This document shows positions 50,401 through 59,364 of a DNA stretch of 64,000 nucleotides, in pieces. Within the stretch, counting starts at the first letter, position 1. Each line of letters begins with the position of its first letter. A program made the translations under genes and the position numbers. The DNA comes from an uncultured virus (IMG/VR IMGVR_UViG_3300030109_003613) (Duplodnaviria > Heunggongvirae > Uroviricota > Caudoviricetes). The notes beneath the pieces were generated by a model. That model had not been told where the DNA came from. It searched no databases and worked only from the letters and a program-made list of their open reading frames with translations. The stretch lies in the IMG/VR virus record IMGVR_UViG_3300030109_003613, one strand, 5' to 3'.

Positions 50401-53400
50401 AAAAGGGAAAATTTTATATTCGGTTTTAATATGAGTAGCTCCCGCTAAACTATTTTTAGATCTTAAAAGATAAAAATCATGGAAAGAAAAGTTTTTCCAA
50501 GCGTGAAAATTAGTAGGATTATCTGAAGTTGAATTCCAAATATCTAATAAAGGATAATCAAATGTATCTCTAATATATGGATCTACATTATAAAACTGCT
50601 CTTTAGTACTAGTTAAAGTAGCTAGTATTTGTGATGCCATAGCAGTATCTGTTCCATCATCAGCTTCTTTACAAATACCTAATAAATCAAATTTATAAAG
50701 CATAGGATGAAATAATCCCTGCCCTAAAATTCTTCTATGCTCATGATCTCTTTTAGCATAATAGATTCTAAATCCTTGTACCTTATCTGCAATGCTTTTT
50801 GGTATTTTAATATCATCTAAAGTAAATCCTAATCTTTGTACATCATGACATACCTTAGCATCGTGATAGTCACCCTCTTTAAAATCTGGATCACCGGTTG
50901 ATTCATCTCCAGTAGAAATTTGAATTTCTATCCATGATCTAGTTAGATGAGTAGTTCTCCATTGGCGTCCAATACTTCCTGGAGTATTATCTAAATAATT
51001 AGGCATTAAATTTGTATGACCCGGATTATCATAATCTCCTAAATCAGAATTAGGTGGCCAATAAGCAGAATTATTTCCCTTTACAAAAAACTCATCATTC
51101 TGTAACCAAGACTGAGTTTGTTGACCACACCCATCACAATAATCACACCAAACAGGTAAAGAAGTACAACCCCCTCCCTCTTGTCTAAGTTTTTCATCAG
51201 ATTTTGTTACATCAGGATCATCTGATTTACTCTCTACCCAAATTTGATCTCCTATATTTACAGAATGCCAATTTGTCCAATTACCTTTTAAAGTGTGTGT
51301 TGTGTCAGTTCCTCCAGGAGCATTCCAACACATTTTATCATTAAATCCGTTTACTGAATTACCATTAAATCCACAAACATCATCAGCCTCAGACCCATCA
51401 GGCATTGCCATAGTTTGGGTGCCTCCTGCAGCTGTTTCAATTCTGTACCTAGTCATTACGCTTCCACAACAATTATTACCTCCACCAACACCACATTCTT
51501 TTCTTATCCATGTACATCCTCTAACTCTTATATTATATGTACCATCAGCTGTAAATTTTTCACCATCAAATAAACCTAAAGCTTCTTGTTCAGTTATATC
51601 AAGTGAACCAGCCCACCCGGCTTGACCATCTGGGTTTTTAAATAGCATTTTTGTCCAACTTTCACCATGTACTACACGTCTAGTAGAATTATTATGTCCA
51701 AATAACATTCTTCCATTTCTTTGGATCGATGCTCCTACACTACCCTCTTCCTGAGTAATTTCCCATTTTCCCATACAGTGGCCTGATATAGTTTTATACT
51801 CATCGTTTGAATTAGATGGAAAATGATGGTGTCTAACATTTAATCCTTGTATACTAGGGGTTAGTGGGTTTACCGGTGAGCCATCATCATTTGTATTAAC
51901 ATAACCGTCAAACACCCAATAATCATTTGTTTCTGGATAAAACTCTGTGGCGTTTTGCCAGTAGTTCATATTTCTAGCATTAGCATTAGTACTAGTGTCA
52001 AAAAAATGAAACTTTCTTGCATAAGCTGTACTTAAATCTGCTAAGTCTTCTAATATATAATTTGATGCATTACCTGTATTTGATATACTGGCATTATTAA
52101 CATAAGATAATTCTTCTCCTAAAGCCTCTCTTCCTGGTATGTGATAAGCATAAGACATACTTCCATCATTCATTACAAACGCTATATAAAAAGCATAAAC
52201 CTCATCTCTTGTATATCCTTTATATTTAAATATATTTGGAGCATATCTATATGATCTACTAGCATCAACATCATTTCCAGAATCTACAGGTTGATTTCCA
52301 AAACCTGTTTGAAAGTTATCAACTGTTGCATAAAATACATCAAAGTCAGGAATTGTTTTTACAACAGGACTAAGTTTAATATTATTAGCATATGGTTGGT
52401 ATCCTAAATCTGTAGTCTTTGTTAAATTTCCTAAATATAATACACCATCTAATTGATTTATAGTTTTAACTGTATCGTATGAAATAGTATCTATAATAAC
52501 CTCTTCTACAGATGCTGAAGCAAATCCTTCTATACCACTAAAAACAACCCCATTATCTCCTGCTACTTTTAAATCAATATCACTAAGTTTAAAAGCGTCT
52601 GTTGCTTCTCCCATCTTTCGAATAACAACAGGTCTTAGAAATTTATAATCTGTATTAATATTTGTAATTTTCCATTTAATTGCTTTAGATGTTTGACTTC
52701 CTTCTTTGGCTCCATCTTTTCTTGTTGTAGGTCTAGTATGATCGTATTCATCAACAATAGATACAGGATTAGAAACTGTAAGATAATTTGTAGAAACAAA
52801 GTCTTCATCTATATATGCTAAAGCTAAATAATACACTCCAGTTCTTAAACCTCCTCCTTCTACAACAGATCTTTGATGACTCATCATAGGAATAATAGAA
52901 TACACATCATCAAGATCTATATGTGGAACTGGTCCCGAATTAGGAAATAAGTTTAATAAATCTATATGATCTATATGTGTAGTATTAGTAGATGTATTTA
53001 CAAAAGTTGAATACGCACCTATATTACCAGCTAATGCTGGAGGTAAATTATAAAGACTAAAAAAATTACCACCAGTATCAAAACTAGCTAATTGCCTTGT
53101 TACATTAAAAGTTCTAGGAGAATTAAAATCATCTGTCCAATAAATAATAACATTTTCTCTACTATCAATTTTAAAAGTACCTTCAATCGGATGATCAATA
53201 CTAAAATTTAAATTATTAGATCCTTTAAATTTATTTTCAATAATTGGTAATACTGGTTGAGGCCTATATAGAATTGTATATTTAAGTCCAATATCTTTTG
53301 AAGGATCAAAAAGACCTATTTCAGAAGTATATAAAGTAGTATCAGTATCAGCTCTTCTATCTCTAAAAAAGAAAATAATTTTATCATCGTTAATAGGAAT

Positions 53401-53628
53401 AGATCCTATACATTTATAATTTTCAGTTGAAGTTACAAATCCTCCTAGATAATCAACTTTTCCAGGAGCTTGTATATTTTGAACTGGAGTATTACCACCT
53501 TCATTACTAATTGAACCGTCTTTTTCAGACATAATGATATTCCTCGCATATCTCCAACTTCCTTCAGGTTGATCGATATGAGCGGTATCTTTAAATAAAC
53601 CTTTTACAAATCTTTTTTCGTTTGCCAT
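47476..53628 (-). CDS. Tail stabilization / muzzle protein
   Basis: 2050 aa; KGLFKD...WRYARN...SISNEGGN, IYWTDDFNSPR, GYTRDEVYAF, VRHHHFP, FGGDTFI, WTISF...WISFHDYIP. Confidence 0.8.
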   Translation of the reverse strand: MANEKRFVKGLFKDTAHIDQPEGSWRYARNIIMSEKDGSISNEGGNTPVQNIQAPGKVDYLGGFVTSTENYKCIGSIPINDDKIIFFFRDRRADTDTTLYTSEIGLFDPSKDIGLKYTILYRPQPVLPIIENKFKGSNNLNFSIDHPIEGTFKIDSRENVIIYWTDDFNSPRTFNVTRQLASFDTGGNFFSLYNLPPALAGNIGAYSTFVNTSTNTTHIDHIDLLNLFPNSGPVPHIDLDDVYSIIPMMSHQRSVVEGGGLRTGVYYLALAYIDEDFVSTNYLTVSNPVSIVDEYDHTRPTTRKDGAKEGSQTSKAIKWKITNINTDYKFLRPVVIRKMGEATDAFKLSDIDLKVAGDNGVVFSGIEGFASASVEEVIIDTISYDTVKTINQLDGVLYLGNLTKTTDLGYQPYANNIKLSPVVKTIPDFDVFYATVDNFQTGFGNQPVDSGNDVDASRSYRYAPNIFKYKGYTRDEVYAFYIAFVMNDGSMSYAYHIPGREALGEELSYVNNASISNTGNASNYILEDLADLSTAYARKFHFFDTSTNANARNMNYWQNATEFYPETNDYWVFDGYVNTNDDGSPVNPLTPSIQGLNVRHHHFPSNSNDEYKTISGHCMGKWEITQEEGSVGASIQRNGRMLFGHNNSTRRVVHGESWTKMLFKNPDGQAGWAGSLDITEQEALGLFDGEKFTADGTYNIRVRGCTWIRKECGVGGGNNCCGSVMTRYRIETAAGGTQTMAMPDGSEADDVCGFNGNSVNGFNDKMCWNAPGGTDTTHTLKGNWTNWHSVNIGDQIWVESKSDDPDVTKSDEKLRQEGGGCTSLPVWCDYCDGCGQQTQSWLQNDEFFVKGNNSAYWPPNSDLGDYDNPGHTNLMPNYLDNTPGSIGRQWRTTHLTRSWIEIQISTGDESTGDPDFKEGDYHDAKVCHDVQRLGFTLDDIKIPKSIADKVQGFRIYYAKRDHEHRRILGQGLFHPMLYKFDLLGICKEADDGTDTAMASQILATLTSTKEQFYNVDPYIRDTFDYPLLDIWNSTSDNPTNFHAWKNFSFHDFYLLRSKNSLAGATHIKTEYKIFPFVWNGMSLQQDKKMNIKLDNFNSDDWEDADNPEPIDVREVWGWDAERNCYPERIRSVITMGGWYFNYQYKTDFYEYPRVLGQKAKTYLLGDSVFKGKSLGFGGKLFNEFGESCMALGLKDGHELRALWSDDRVNEDAITAGAEFGNFGQGANFNLGGNPDSYGFPHTAAYAVLTNPWNFPGTNFDDADNWSGKPDSTNDTDPMGFYLINLHAFKSDVYKSIDSNELVWTGFEVLGNDMDNFIFNDIPGNGLGLGAPMTVIHGGYNQSADFSLDTLQGQIFDMDLNERGIFGGDTFICRYAHAASLKPSNTGELSNPRKAIHSAIVESTDNISLRHIESDKSLYFPGASAFEILKNAGTPIVDETIGNDFTHVDNIKYNTNYSENNDLRPAFPLPLRLTNQTEFSTRTHRSAKNDATSLIDNYRVFLANQFKDLPKNRGELWKLSTFNNLLYFHMEESLYAAKGKQQMEMKDGSEAFVGSGDIFAQEPDEVLQSEGGYGGTQSQWAALTTRNGYFFVDALSRKVFLMADALQEISAIGMKKWFRDNLKFVLEDYGLKGYLLDNPIRGIGLHSTWDPKHKRIILTKRDLKPSSKFISDFKNKKPNTPVSGDIWFDEKLGVYVIATTVTLSGDAGQIVALVEKPLDWNDSTYFTKTGWTISFYPDLMVWISFHDYIPYHYFDTSIDFYSFTDSWDNYINGDLYETGVLGPNVAPGDNPQTLFGNGGVWKHNGDYRGILYQDVFTPFDVNGSPANLIHYPTEFEFVHNSTKIDQLFSSFSFYSDTFTGRAWDDSDAGGSSIIEHGWNTIYMYNTLQMFYDDLTYLINTRRINNEWKFNRFRDMAALSTNDTSPGYFFGQAGSHGGVPGYTPTSLAAEASVAGWDHWGFTQNNIIGQAPIFTFPTNVGTLETSSANANIPFLVSGMYETLNNNYVDSAKRWDLRKKFIDKWIGIRLICNNESNNLLNLYATSVATRKFYR

Positions 53629-54581
53629 TATTCTCTATATAAGTCTTCTCTCATGTTTAGTTGTTCAAACATTAAATCATGTCTCGATAAATTTGGGATT
53701 AGTCTAACCCACTGATTCATAAACGATTCATATCTATCAATGTCTGGATAATTTGCAGCATTTCTTGCTTGCGTACAATAATATTTCCATTGCTGCTCCG
53801 CAAACCCATAATCAATTCCGTTACGTTTTGTCTCTGGAGGACTTACAAATGATAATAAAAGTTTTTTGTATATATACCAAAATAATGCTTCTTTGAAGCT
53901 TATATCGTCTGGTACTAATGGAAAACAGTCTTCGTCAATAGGAAAAGCTTTATAACTTAAACATAATTTCCCACTTACAAAAGATGTTTTAATATACCCA
54001 TCATCTATAATATATGTATCCTCATACACAGTATTTTCATTTACACATCCTTCACAATGCATACTTCTATGAAATGTAGATGCACCATATTGTAATGGTT
54101 GCATAGTATTAGTGTTATTAAAAAACACACCTTCTAAAACTACAATTCTACTGTTAATTTTATTTAATTCTAAAATATTAGATTTATATTGTGTATCATA
54201 AGTTGTTAAATCTGCATTTGTTATACTAGACGCTTGACCTACAACTTCTTCTTCTAAAGTTTTATTATATTCTTTAATTTCTGTTTTTAACTCTCTTACT
54301 TGTGTGAGTAATGTATCAAGTTCATTTGATGATACTGGAGATACACTATTATTAATAGCTACTTGATTTATATAGTATAAATCTGAAGGCATTAATACTT
54401 TATGATCTTTTACATCTAATACGCATTGTTTATCAACTAGCTGAGACGCAGATCCTATATGCTCTAAAGCTTCACCAATCCATTCTACAGCATCATCAAT
54501 CCATGTATCATGTTGAGGTTTTAAATCTCTAAATATTTTTCTAATTACTGCCTTACTTGATATTGTTTTATATATACTCAT
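53628..54581 (-). CDS. Tail ring/tubular protein
   Basis: DAVEWIGEAL...YIKTSFVSGKLCLSYKAFPIDEDCFPLVPD..SFKEALFWYI...WKYYCTQA; start moved to MSIYKT (54581). Confidence 0.75.
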   Translation of the reverse strand: MSIYKTISSKAVIRKIFRDLKPQHDTWIDDAVEWIGEALEHIGSASQLVDKQCVLDVKDHKVLMPSDLYYINQVAINNSVSPVSSNELDTLLTQVRELKTEIKEYNKTLEEEVVGQASSITNADLTTYDTQYKSNILELNKINSRIVVLEGVFFNNTNTMQPLQYGASTFHRSMHCEGCVNENTVYEDTYIIDDGYIKTSFVSGKLCLSYKAFPIDEDCFPLVPDDISFKEALFWYIYKKLLLSFVSPPETKRNGIDYGFAEQQWKYYCTQARNAANYPDIDRYESFMNQWVRLIPNLSRHDLMFEQLNMREDLYRE

Positions 54582-54583
54582 TA

Positions 54584-55060
54584 TTAAAATATGTTTTCTA
54601 TTGGTGGTTCTAAAAATCCTCCATCTTGATAAAATCCGCCACATTCCCTACATCCCCATTTACGTAAAGCTTTATTTATTCTAGAGTTTGGATCATTTCT
54701 TTTCTTGCTACCCGTTAGTTTATTTTTCATGCCCGTCATTCTTTTACAAAAAGAATTTTTTCTTTTCTTTCTTTTTCCTGATGGTTTATCTTCAGTTACA
54801 GGAGCTTTTATATTCTGCCCTTGAGCCCTAAGAGATGCACGACCTTTTTCGTTTAATCCACCGCTAGGGCTTTTGCCTTCCTTTCTAGTCCAAGCTCCTC
54901 CAGTTTTTTTGGCTGTTTTTGCAGACTCCTCTAAAGCTTTATCAGTTACTGTGCCTTTACCAGGTTTAGATGTACCACGCTTTTTAGCACGATTCATGTA
55001 ATAATACAAACCTTTTTTAGCTCGTCTTCCGTCTTTTGTTATATGATATTTACTTGCCAT
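54584..55060 (-). CDS. DUF6321-like basic protein
   Basis: AWTRKEGKSPSGGLN..GRAS...KAPV...SFCKRM...DPNSRINKALRKW. Confidence 0.7.
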   Translation of the reverse strand: MASKYHITKDGRRAKKGLYYYMNRAKKRGTSKPGKGTVTDKALEESAKTAKKTGGAWTRKEGKSPSGGLNEKGRASLRAQGQNIKAPVTEDKPSGKRKKRKNSFCKRMTGMKNKLTGSKKRNDPNSRINKALRKWGCRECGGFYQDGGFLEPPIENIF

Positions 55061-55536
55061 TAGTTCTTTTTAAAATTTAAATAAGCTAATTCATCTGTTT
55101 TCAATAAATTAACTAACTTTTCTTTGTTGCCTTTTACTCCTCTTGTTGCATCAAAGCGATATACTGATTTATTTGGAATTAAACACTTACCTTTTCTCCA
55201 ATAGAATTTACAATAAAATTCATCAGTATGATATATATGCCATTTAGTTCCTTCTCCAGTTTTTGAATCGTATAACTTTTCACCTTTAAAAAGTAATTCT
55301 TTTTTATACTTATTACTCTCTCCCCAATTAAGTCTAGGGGATCTTGGATCTCTATCTTTTCTAACTATAGATAAAGTAGAAAGATTTTGTCCCATATTAA
55401 AAACTTTGCCTTCAAGAATATAATCAATAATTAAAAGATTAAATTCCTGACATATATTCTTAAAGACCTGTTTTTCAATATTATCATTATACTCTTCTTT
55501 ATAGTTGGTATATATATCTGTTATATTATACTCCAT
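55060..55536 (-). CDS. IHF-like protein of the crAss structural block
   Basis: FKNICQEFNLLIIDYILEGKVFNMGQNLSTLSI...KFYW; second IHF-like gene near tail genes is typical of the group. Confidence 0.6.
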   Translation of the reverse strand: MEYNITDIYTNYKEEYNDNIEKQVFKNICQEFNLLIIDYILEGKVFNMGQNLSTLSIVRKDRDPRSPRLNWGESNKYKKELLFKGEKLYDSKTGEGTKWHIYHTDEFYCKFYWRKGKCLIPNKSVYRFDATRGVKGNKEKLVNLLKTDELAYLNFKKN

Positions 55537-55539
55537 CTA

Positions 55540-56472
55540 TTATTTTCTACCACCTTTTTTATACATCTTCTTCATTCCACCGCCCATTTTTTTATTTTTG
55601 TTTCCTAACATTTTAAAATCAGCTCCAGATAGTTTACCATCTTTATTCATATCAAGTTTTGATTGACCACCTTTCATGTACATTTTTTTCATTCCGCCTC
55701 CCATCATTTTTTTCATTCCTCCTTTTTTTCTTGGCATGCCAGGATTAGTCGTCATATAAGGATCACGATTAGGATTTTGAATAAATAACTTTGGATTAGG
55801 TTTTACAATAGTTTTATCCTTTTTTGCCGGTGGTAAACCGTCAGGCCTAAAATTACCTATAATCTTATAATCAACATTTTTAGTTCCCTCTTTTCCTAAA
55901 TTCTTTTTTTCCTCTTTCTTCGGCTCCTCTTTTTTCTTTACCTCATATCTTTTAGAAACACCATAAGCTTCGTTTATTTTATTTTGATTTCTTTTCCACT
56001 CATCTGATCCTTTTTCTAAGGTTTTTCTTTTAGCTACATAACTAGCTAAGTTAGGATCTTTTTTAGCAGCTTCTGCATAAGGATCTTTTTTAACCTTTGT
56101 TATTTTCTTTTTTGGTTCAACTTTTTTTGTTTCAACTTTTGGAGTTGGTTTAGGTTTAACATCAACCTTTGTTTCTGGAGTTTTACCTCTAAGTTCCTCA
56201 GCTTTAGAAGTTAATCTGTTTATTCTTCTTTTTAAACGATTTGATTTTCTAACATTTCTTACGTTTTTTCTAGCTTCTTTTAAATCTTCTTTAGCTTTTT
56301 TTACAGGAGCTTTAGTTGCAGCTTTAGCAGCTTTTTTAGCAGCTTTTTTTGTTGTTCTTAACTGTTTTCTTTCTTCTCTTTGTTTTTTCTTAAGATCTCT
56401 CATTCCTCCATTTTCAAACAACATTGGAGTTGGAGCTTCTAGAAAAGAATTGTTATTTTTTTTATTTGCCAT
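55540..56472 (-). CDS. Very basic Lys-rich protein with xxGG repeats and an EF-hand-like motif
   Basis: TTKKAAKKAAKAATKA; MKKMMGGG/MKKMYMKGG/MKKMYKKGG; LDMNKDGKLSGADF. Confidence 0.65.
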   Translation of the reverse strand: MANKKNNNSFLEAPTPMLFENGGMRDLKKKQREERKQLRTTKKAAKKAAKAATKAPVKKAKEDLKEARKNVRNVRKSNRLKRRINRLTSKAEELRGKTPETKVDVKPKPTPKVETKKVEPKKKITKVKKDPYAEAAKKDPNLASYVAKRKTLEKGSDEWKRNQNKINEAYGVSKRYEVKKKEEPKKEEKKNLGKEGTKNVDYKIIGNFRPDGLPPAKKDKTIVKPNPKLFIQNPNRDPYMTTNPGMPRKKGGMKKMMGGGMKKMYMKGGQSKLDMNKDGKLSGADFKMLGNKNKKMGGGMKKMYKKGGRK

Positions 56473-56495
56473 TGTTTTAATTTTTAAAATTATTA

Positions 56496-57209
56496 TTATG
56501 ATTTAGATTGTGCTCTCGCAATTGTTTGTGGATCTTGCATTCTATCATTCATAGTATCACTAATTGTACCTGACAATAGTTGCAATTCACCTCCTAAAAT
56601 GCCTTGATTAATACGTTGTATCATATCCATAGGAATTGGAAAATCGTGATCATCATCACTGTAACAAGAGTTACAATCATCAGTTCCATTTCCACAACAA
56701 TCAAATTTAGCAACGTCTTGAGGATTTTCAAAAACACCTCTAACGTTAATATACTGTAATCCTTCAGCATTATATATATATACATAGTCATCTAAAAGAT
56801 AAGCTTTCATTTTTTTATTAGTATACTTATCATAAGGTAACCATTTTACTGTTTGAGGACTTACTATAGGAATAGTTCCTAATCCTGTAATATCTCCTAC
56901 ATGACTAATTGCATCTTGAAAATTATATCTAACTGTTTTTGGTATTTTAGATACAGTTCTATAAACTGCACAATCTACAGGAAGATCACAACATTTACTA
57001 GCATCTACTTTAGTTATAGGTAAACATCCTAAATCTTGTTCAATGTGTCTACTAGTAAAACCATTTTTTTGATAGTCTCTTCTAATAAACACAGCTCTAT
57101 AGTGTTTAATATTAAATTTTATTTGATCTAAAGAAATATGTTCATCATGATTAGAACGTCCTCCTCTGACTAAATTTAATAAGTTATATGCAATTTCATT
57201 TAATGTCAT
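56496..57209 (-). CDS. Conserved crAss-like structural (neck/ring) protein
   Basis: MTLNEIAYNLL...ISLDQIKF...QDLGCL...IPK...INVRGVFENP...FPIP. Confidence 0.65.
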   Translation of the reverse strand: MTLNEIAYNLLNLVRGGRSNHDEHISLDQIKFNIKHYRAVFIRRDYQKNGFTSRHIEQDLGCLPITKVDASKCCDLPVDCAVYRTVSKIPKTVRYNFQDAISHVGDITGLGTIPIVSPQTVKWLPYDKYTNKKMKAYLLDDYVYIYNAEGLQYINVRGVFENPQDVAKFDCCGNGTDDCNSCYSDDDHDFPIPMDMIQRINQGILGGELQLLSGTISDTMNDRMQDPQTIARAQSKS

Positions 57210-57212
57210 GTT

Positions 57213-57605
57213 TTATTTTTTTACTTTTTCAAACGATCTTCCTCCGAAGTAGGCTCCAATTACAGTTATCAGCGTAAGCTGTAAGAGGTCAGTCCATTTT
57301 TCTTCAACCGTAAAACTTAATGCTCCTGCGTCTATAAAAATTAAAAGCATAGTACATACTATTAAAAATATAAGTACTAAAGGTCTTACGTTTTTTGATA
57401 ACCAAGAATCTGATTTTAAATCTGCTTCCCAACGAGATGTAATGTTTTTTTCCATTTCAACCTCATAGTTGGCAATTAATTCTTTCATTTTTTGTTTAGC
57501 TTCAAGCTTTTCTGCTTTAGAAGTATGCAAATTGTCTATTACCCCTCCTACACTTTCTACTAATTTTCCTGCTCCTCCGCTAAATATTTTACTTAATATA
57601 CTCAT
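57213..57605 (-). CDS. Holin (3TM/GTA-type holin family)
   Basis: RWEADLKSDSWLSKNVRP, two TM segments, YFGGRSFEK. Confidence 0.8.
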   Translation of the reverse strand: MSILSKIFSGGAGKLVESVGGVIDNLHTSKAEKLEAKQKMKELIANYEVEMEKNITSRWEADLKSDSWLSKNVRPLVLIFLIVCTMLLIFIDAGALSFTVEEKWTDLLQLTLITVIGAYFGGRSFEKVKK

Positions 57606-57620
57606 AATTTTTATCTTTTA

Positions 57621-58064
57621 CTAATTATTTTTTCTTCCAGTTACATGCACACTAACATCAACATCCGTAGATTCACTTTTAATTACATATAATGAATAAT
57701 AAGAACTATCAAAATTCATTTCTTCTTTATCTAATTTAAGACTTACTCCTGGAGGAATAGATACATTTTTTATTATATAAAAAGTATATGTTGTTTCAGT
57801 ATCAGTATTAAAATTTCTAGTTAATTTTCTAGTTGATGTATCATCATTTGGTACTGATTCATAAGATAATATTCTTTCTAAATACACAGATACTGTAACA
57901 GAAGATGACGCATTTAAATTAGCAATGATTAAGCCATCTACTACACCACCTTGTAAATCTCCTCTATTTATAATTTTTTGAGCAGTTGTTTTGTCTGCTA
58001 AATTATAATATAAATTTAAATATTTACTTCTTACACTATATGTTCTATTTGCATCTCCTGACAT
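57621..58064 (-). CDS. Hypothetical beta-rich protein (possible virion component)
   Basis: 147 aa; IIANL...YIIKNVSIPPGVSL. Confidence 0.6.
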   Translation of the reverse strand: MSGDANRTYSVRSKYLNLYYNLADKTTAQKIINRGDLQGGVVDGLIIANLNASSSVTVSVYLERILSYESVPNDDTSTRKLTRNFNTDTETTYTFYIIKNVSIPPGVSLKLDKEEMNFDSSYYSLYVIKSESTDVDVSVHVTGRKNN

Positions 58065-58066
58065 AA

Positions 58067-58528
58067 TTATACTATATCTGCTATTGTTACTGTACCACCA
58101 TATACTATTTGCGTTGTAGCGGTAGCAACTACTTTAATTGTTAAATAGTTAGTTGCACTATGACTAACATCTGTTATATCTATATCTGAGTTAGTTTGTC
58201 CTGTTCCTTTAGAAGTTAATCCAGAAGCATTTATATTTGATTCTGCAACTGAAATATTTAAAGTAGAATCAGAATTTATTCTAACATGAGTAGCTTTTTT
58301 ACCAAACGGTATTGGTACAAACGCATAAAGTTCTGTGTTAGCGCTACTTACCGCAATACCTAAAGTTCCTGTATCATCAAAAACAACAGGACCAATAGTT
58401 GCATCTTCATTACCTAAAAAATCTCTAGGTAATATTTTAATTCTATCAGCATCACCGTGCCAACCTATAGCAACATCATTTCTGAATCTTGCTATAAAAT
58501 TAAATATATGTTCGCCTATCCACTTCAT
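58067..58528 (-). CDS. Hypothetical beta-rich protein (possible virion component)
   Basis: 153 aa, T/S/G-rich, in the late operon. Confidence 0.6.
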   Translation of the reverse strand: MKWIGEHIFNFIARFRNDVAIGWHGDADRIKILPRDFLGNEDATIGPVVFDDTGTLGIAVSSANTELYAFVPIPFGKKATHVRINSDSTLNISVAESNINASGLTSKGTGQTNSDIDITDVSHSATNYLTIKVVATATTQIVYGGTVTIADIV

Positions 58529-58530
58529 AT

Positions 58531-58989
58531 TTATATAACCATATATTTGGTTTTACCATTCTTTTTATATGCTTTTAAACATCTATTTCTATTTTCTTTA
58601 AGTGACACATAACTAATATGTACCCAATTAGGATTATCCTCATCTCCAAACTCCCAAATCATTTGATCAAATTCTAAATTATCTTTTATCCAGTGATACA
58701 TTTCAGCATTTGTTTTATAACCAAATGTATCGTCAATATCTATTGCTTGTCCAAGACAATGCTGAGATTTAGAACTTCCACCTATAGCAGTATTGAGTTT
58801 AGGCGATCTAAAAAAGCTATTTACTTTTATAGGTTTACCAACCCATTCTCTAACAGGTTCAAAAACTTTTTCAGCTAATAATTTCATATTAGCTAATTGC
58901 TTTTCGTTGGGTATATTATCTATACCTCTCCTAATAGCAGTATTACTATGTACTGCTTCTTTGTAACTTATGTGGTTACTTATTTTCAT
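58531..58989 (-). CDS. Peptidase M15 family endolysin
   Basis: SFFRSPKLNTAIGGSSKSQHCLGQAIDI...WVHIS (SxHxxxxAxD and H zinc ligands). Confidence 0.9.
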   Translation of the reverse strand: MKISNHISYKEAVHSNTAIRRGIDNIPNEKQLANMKLLAEKVFEPVREWVGKPIKVNSFFRSPKLNTAIGGSSKSQHCLGQAIDIDDTFGYKTNAEMYHWIKDNLEFDQMIWEFGDEDNPNWVHISYVSLKENRNRCLKAYKKNGKTKYMVI

Positions 58990-58996
58990 ATTTTAA

Positions 58997-59359
58997 CTAT
59001 GCTTTAGTCCAATACGCGTATTCAAGAATACATGCAGCATTGTTAGCCTGTACTTTTAATCCTTCATTGTCTATTACAGCAAAGAAGGCAAATTCACCCG
59101 GCCATAAAATACCAAAACCATCGTCAGTATCATTAAAATACTTTATATGATTTGTACCATCTGTATTTTTTAAATATACATATGTTGTTGTTGCGTTGTC
59201 AGTTAAAAGTGCTGTAGCAGATGCATCTCCAACTAGAGATATTCTAGCTACATTTACCGCTGGTTCTTTTACTGATAACACATCTGACACACTAAGATTC
59301 AAAGAATCACTAGTAGCATTAGAACTTGTTAATGTTAATTTTGCTGTTAATGTTGCCAT
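58997..59359 (-). CDS. Hypothetical protein (possible virion component)
   Basis: 120 aa; YVYLKNTD...LWPGEFAFF...LEYAYW. Confidence 0.6.
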   Translation of the reverse strand: MATLTAKLTLTSSNATSDSLNLSVSDVLSVKEPAVNVARISLVGDASATALLTDNATTTYVYLKNTDGTNHIKYFNDTDDGFGILWPGEFAFFAVIDNEGLKVQANNAACILEYAYWTKA

Positions 59360-59364
59360 AATTT

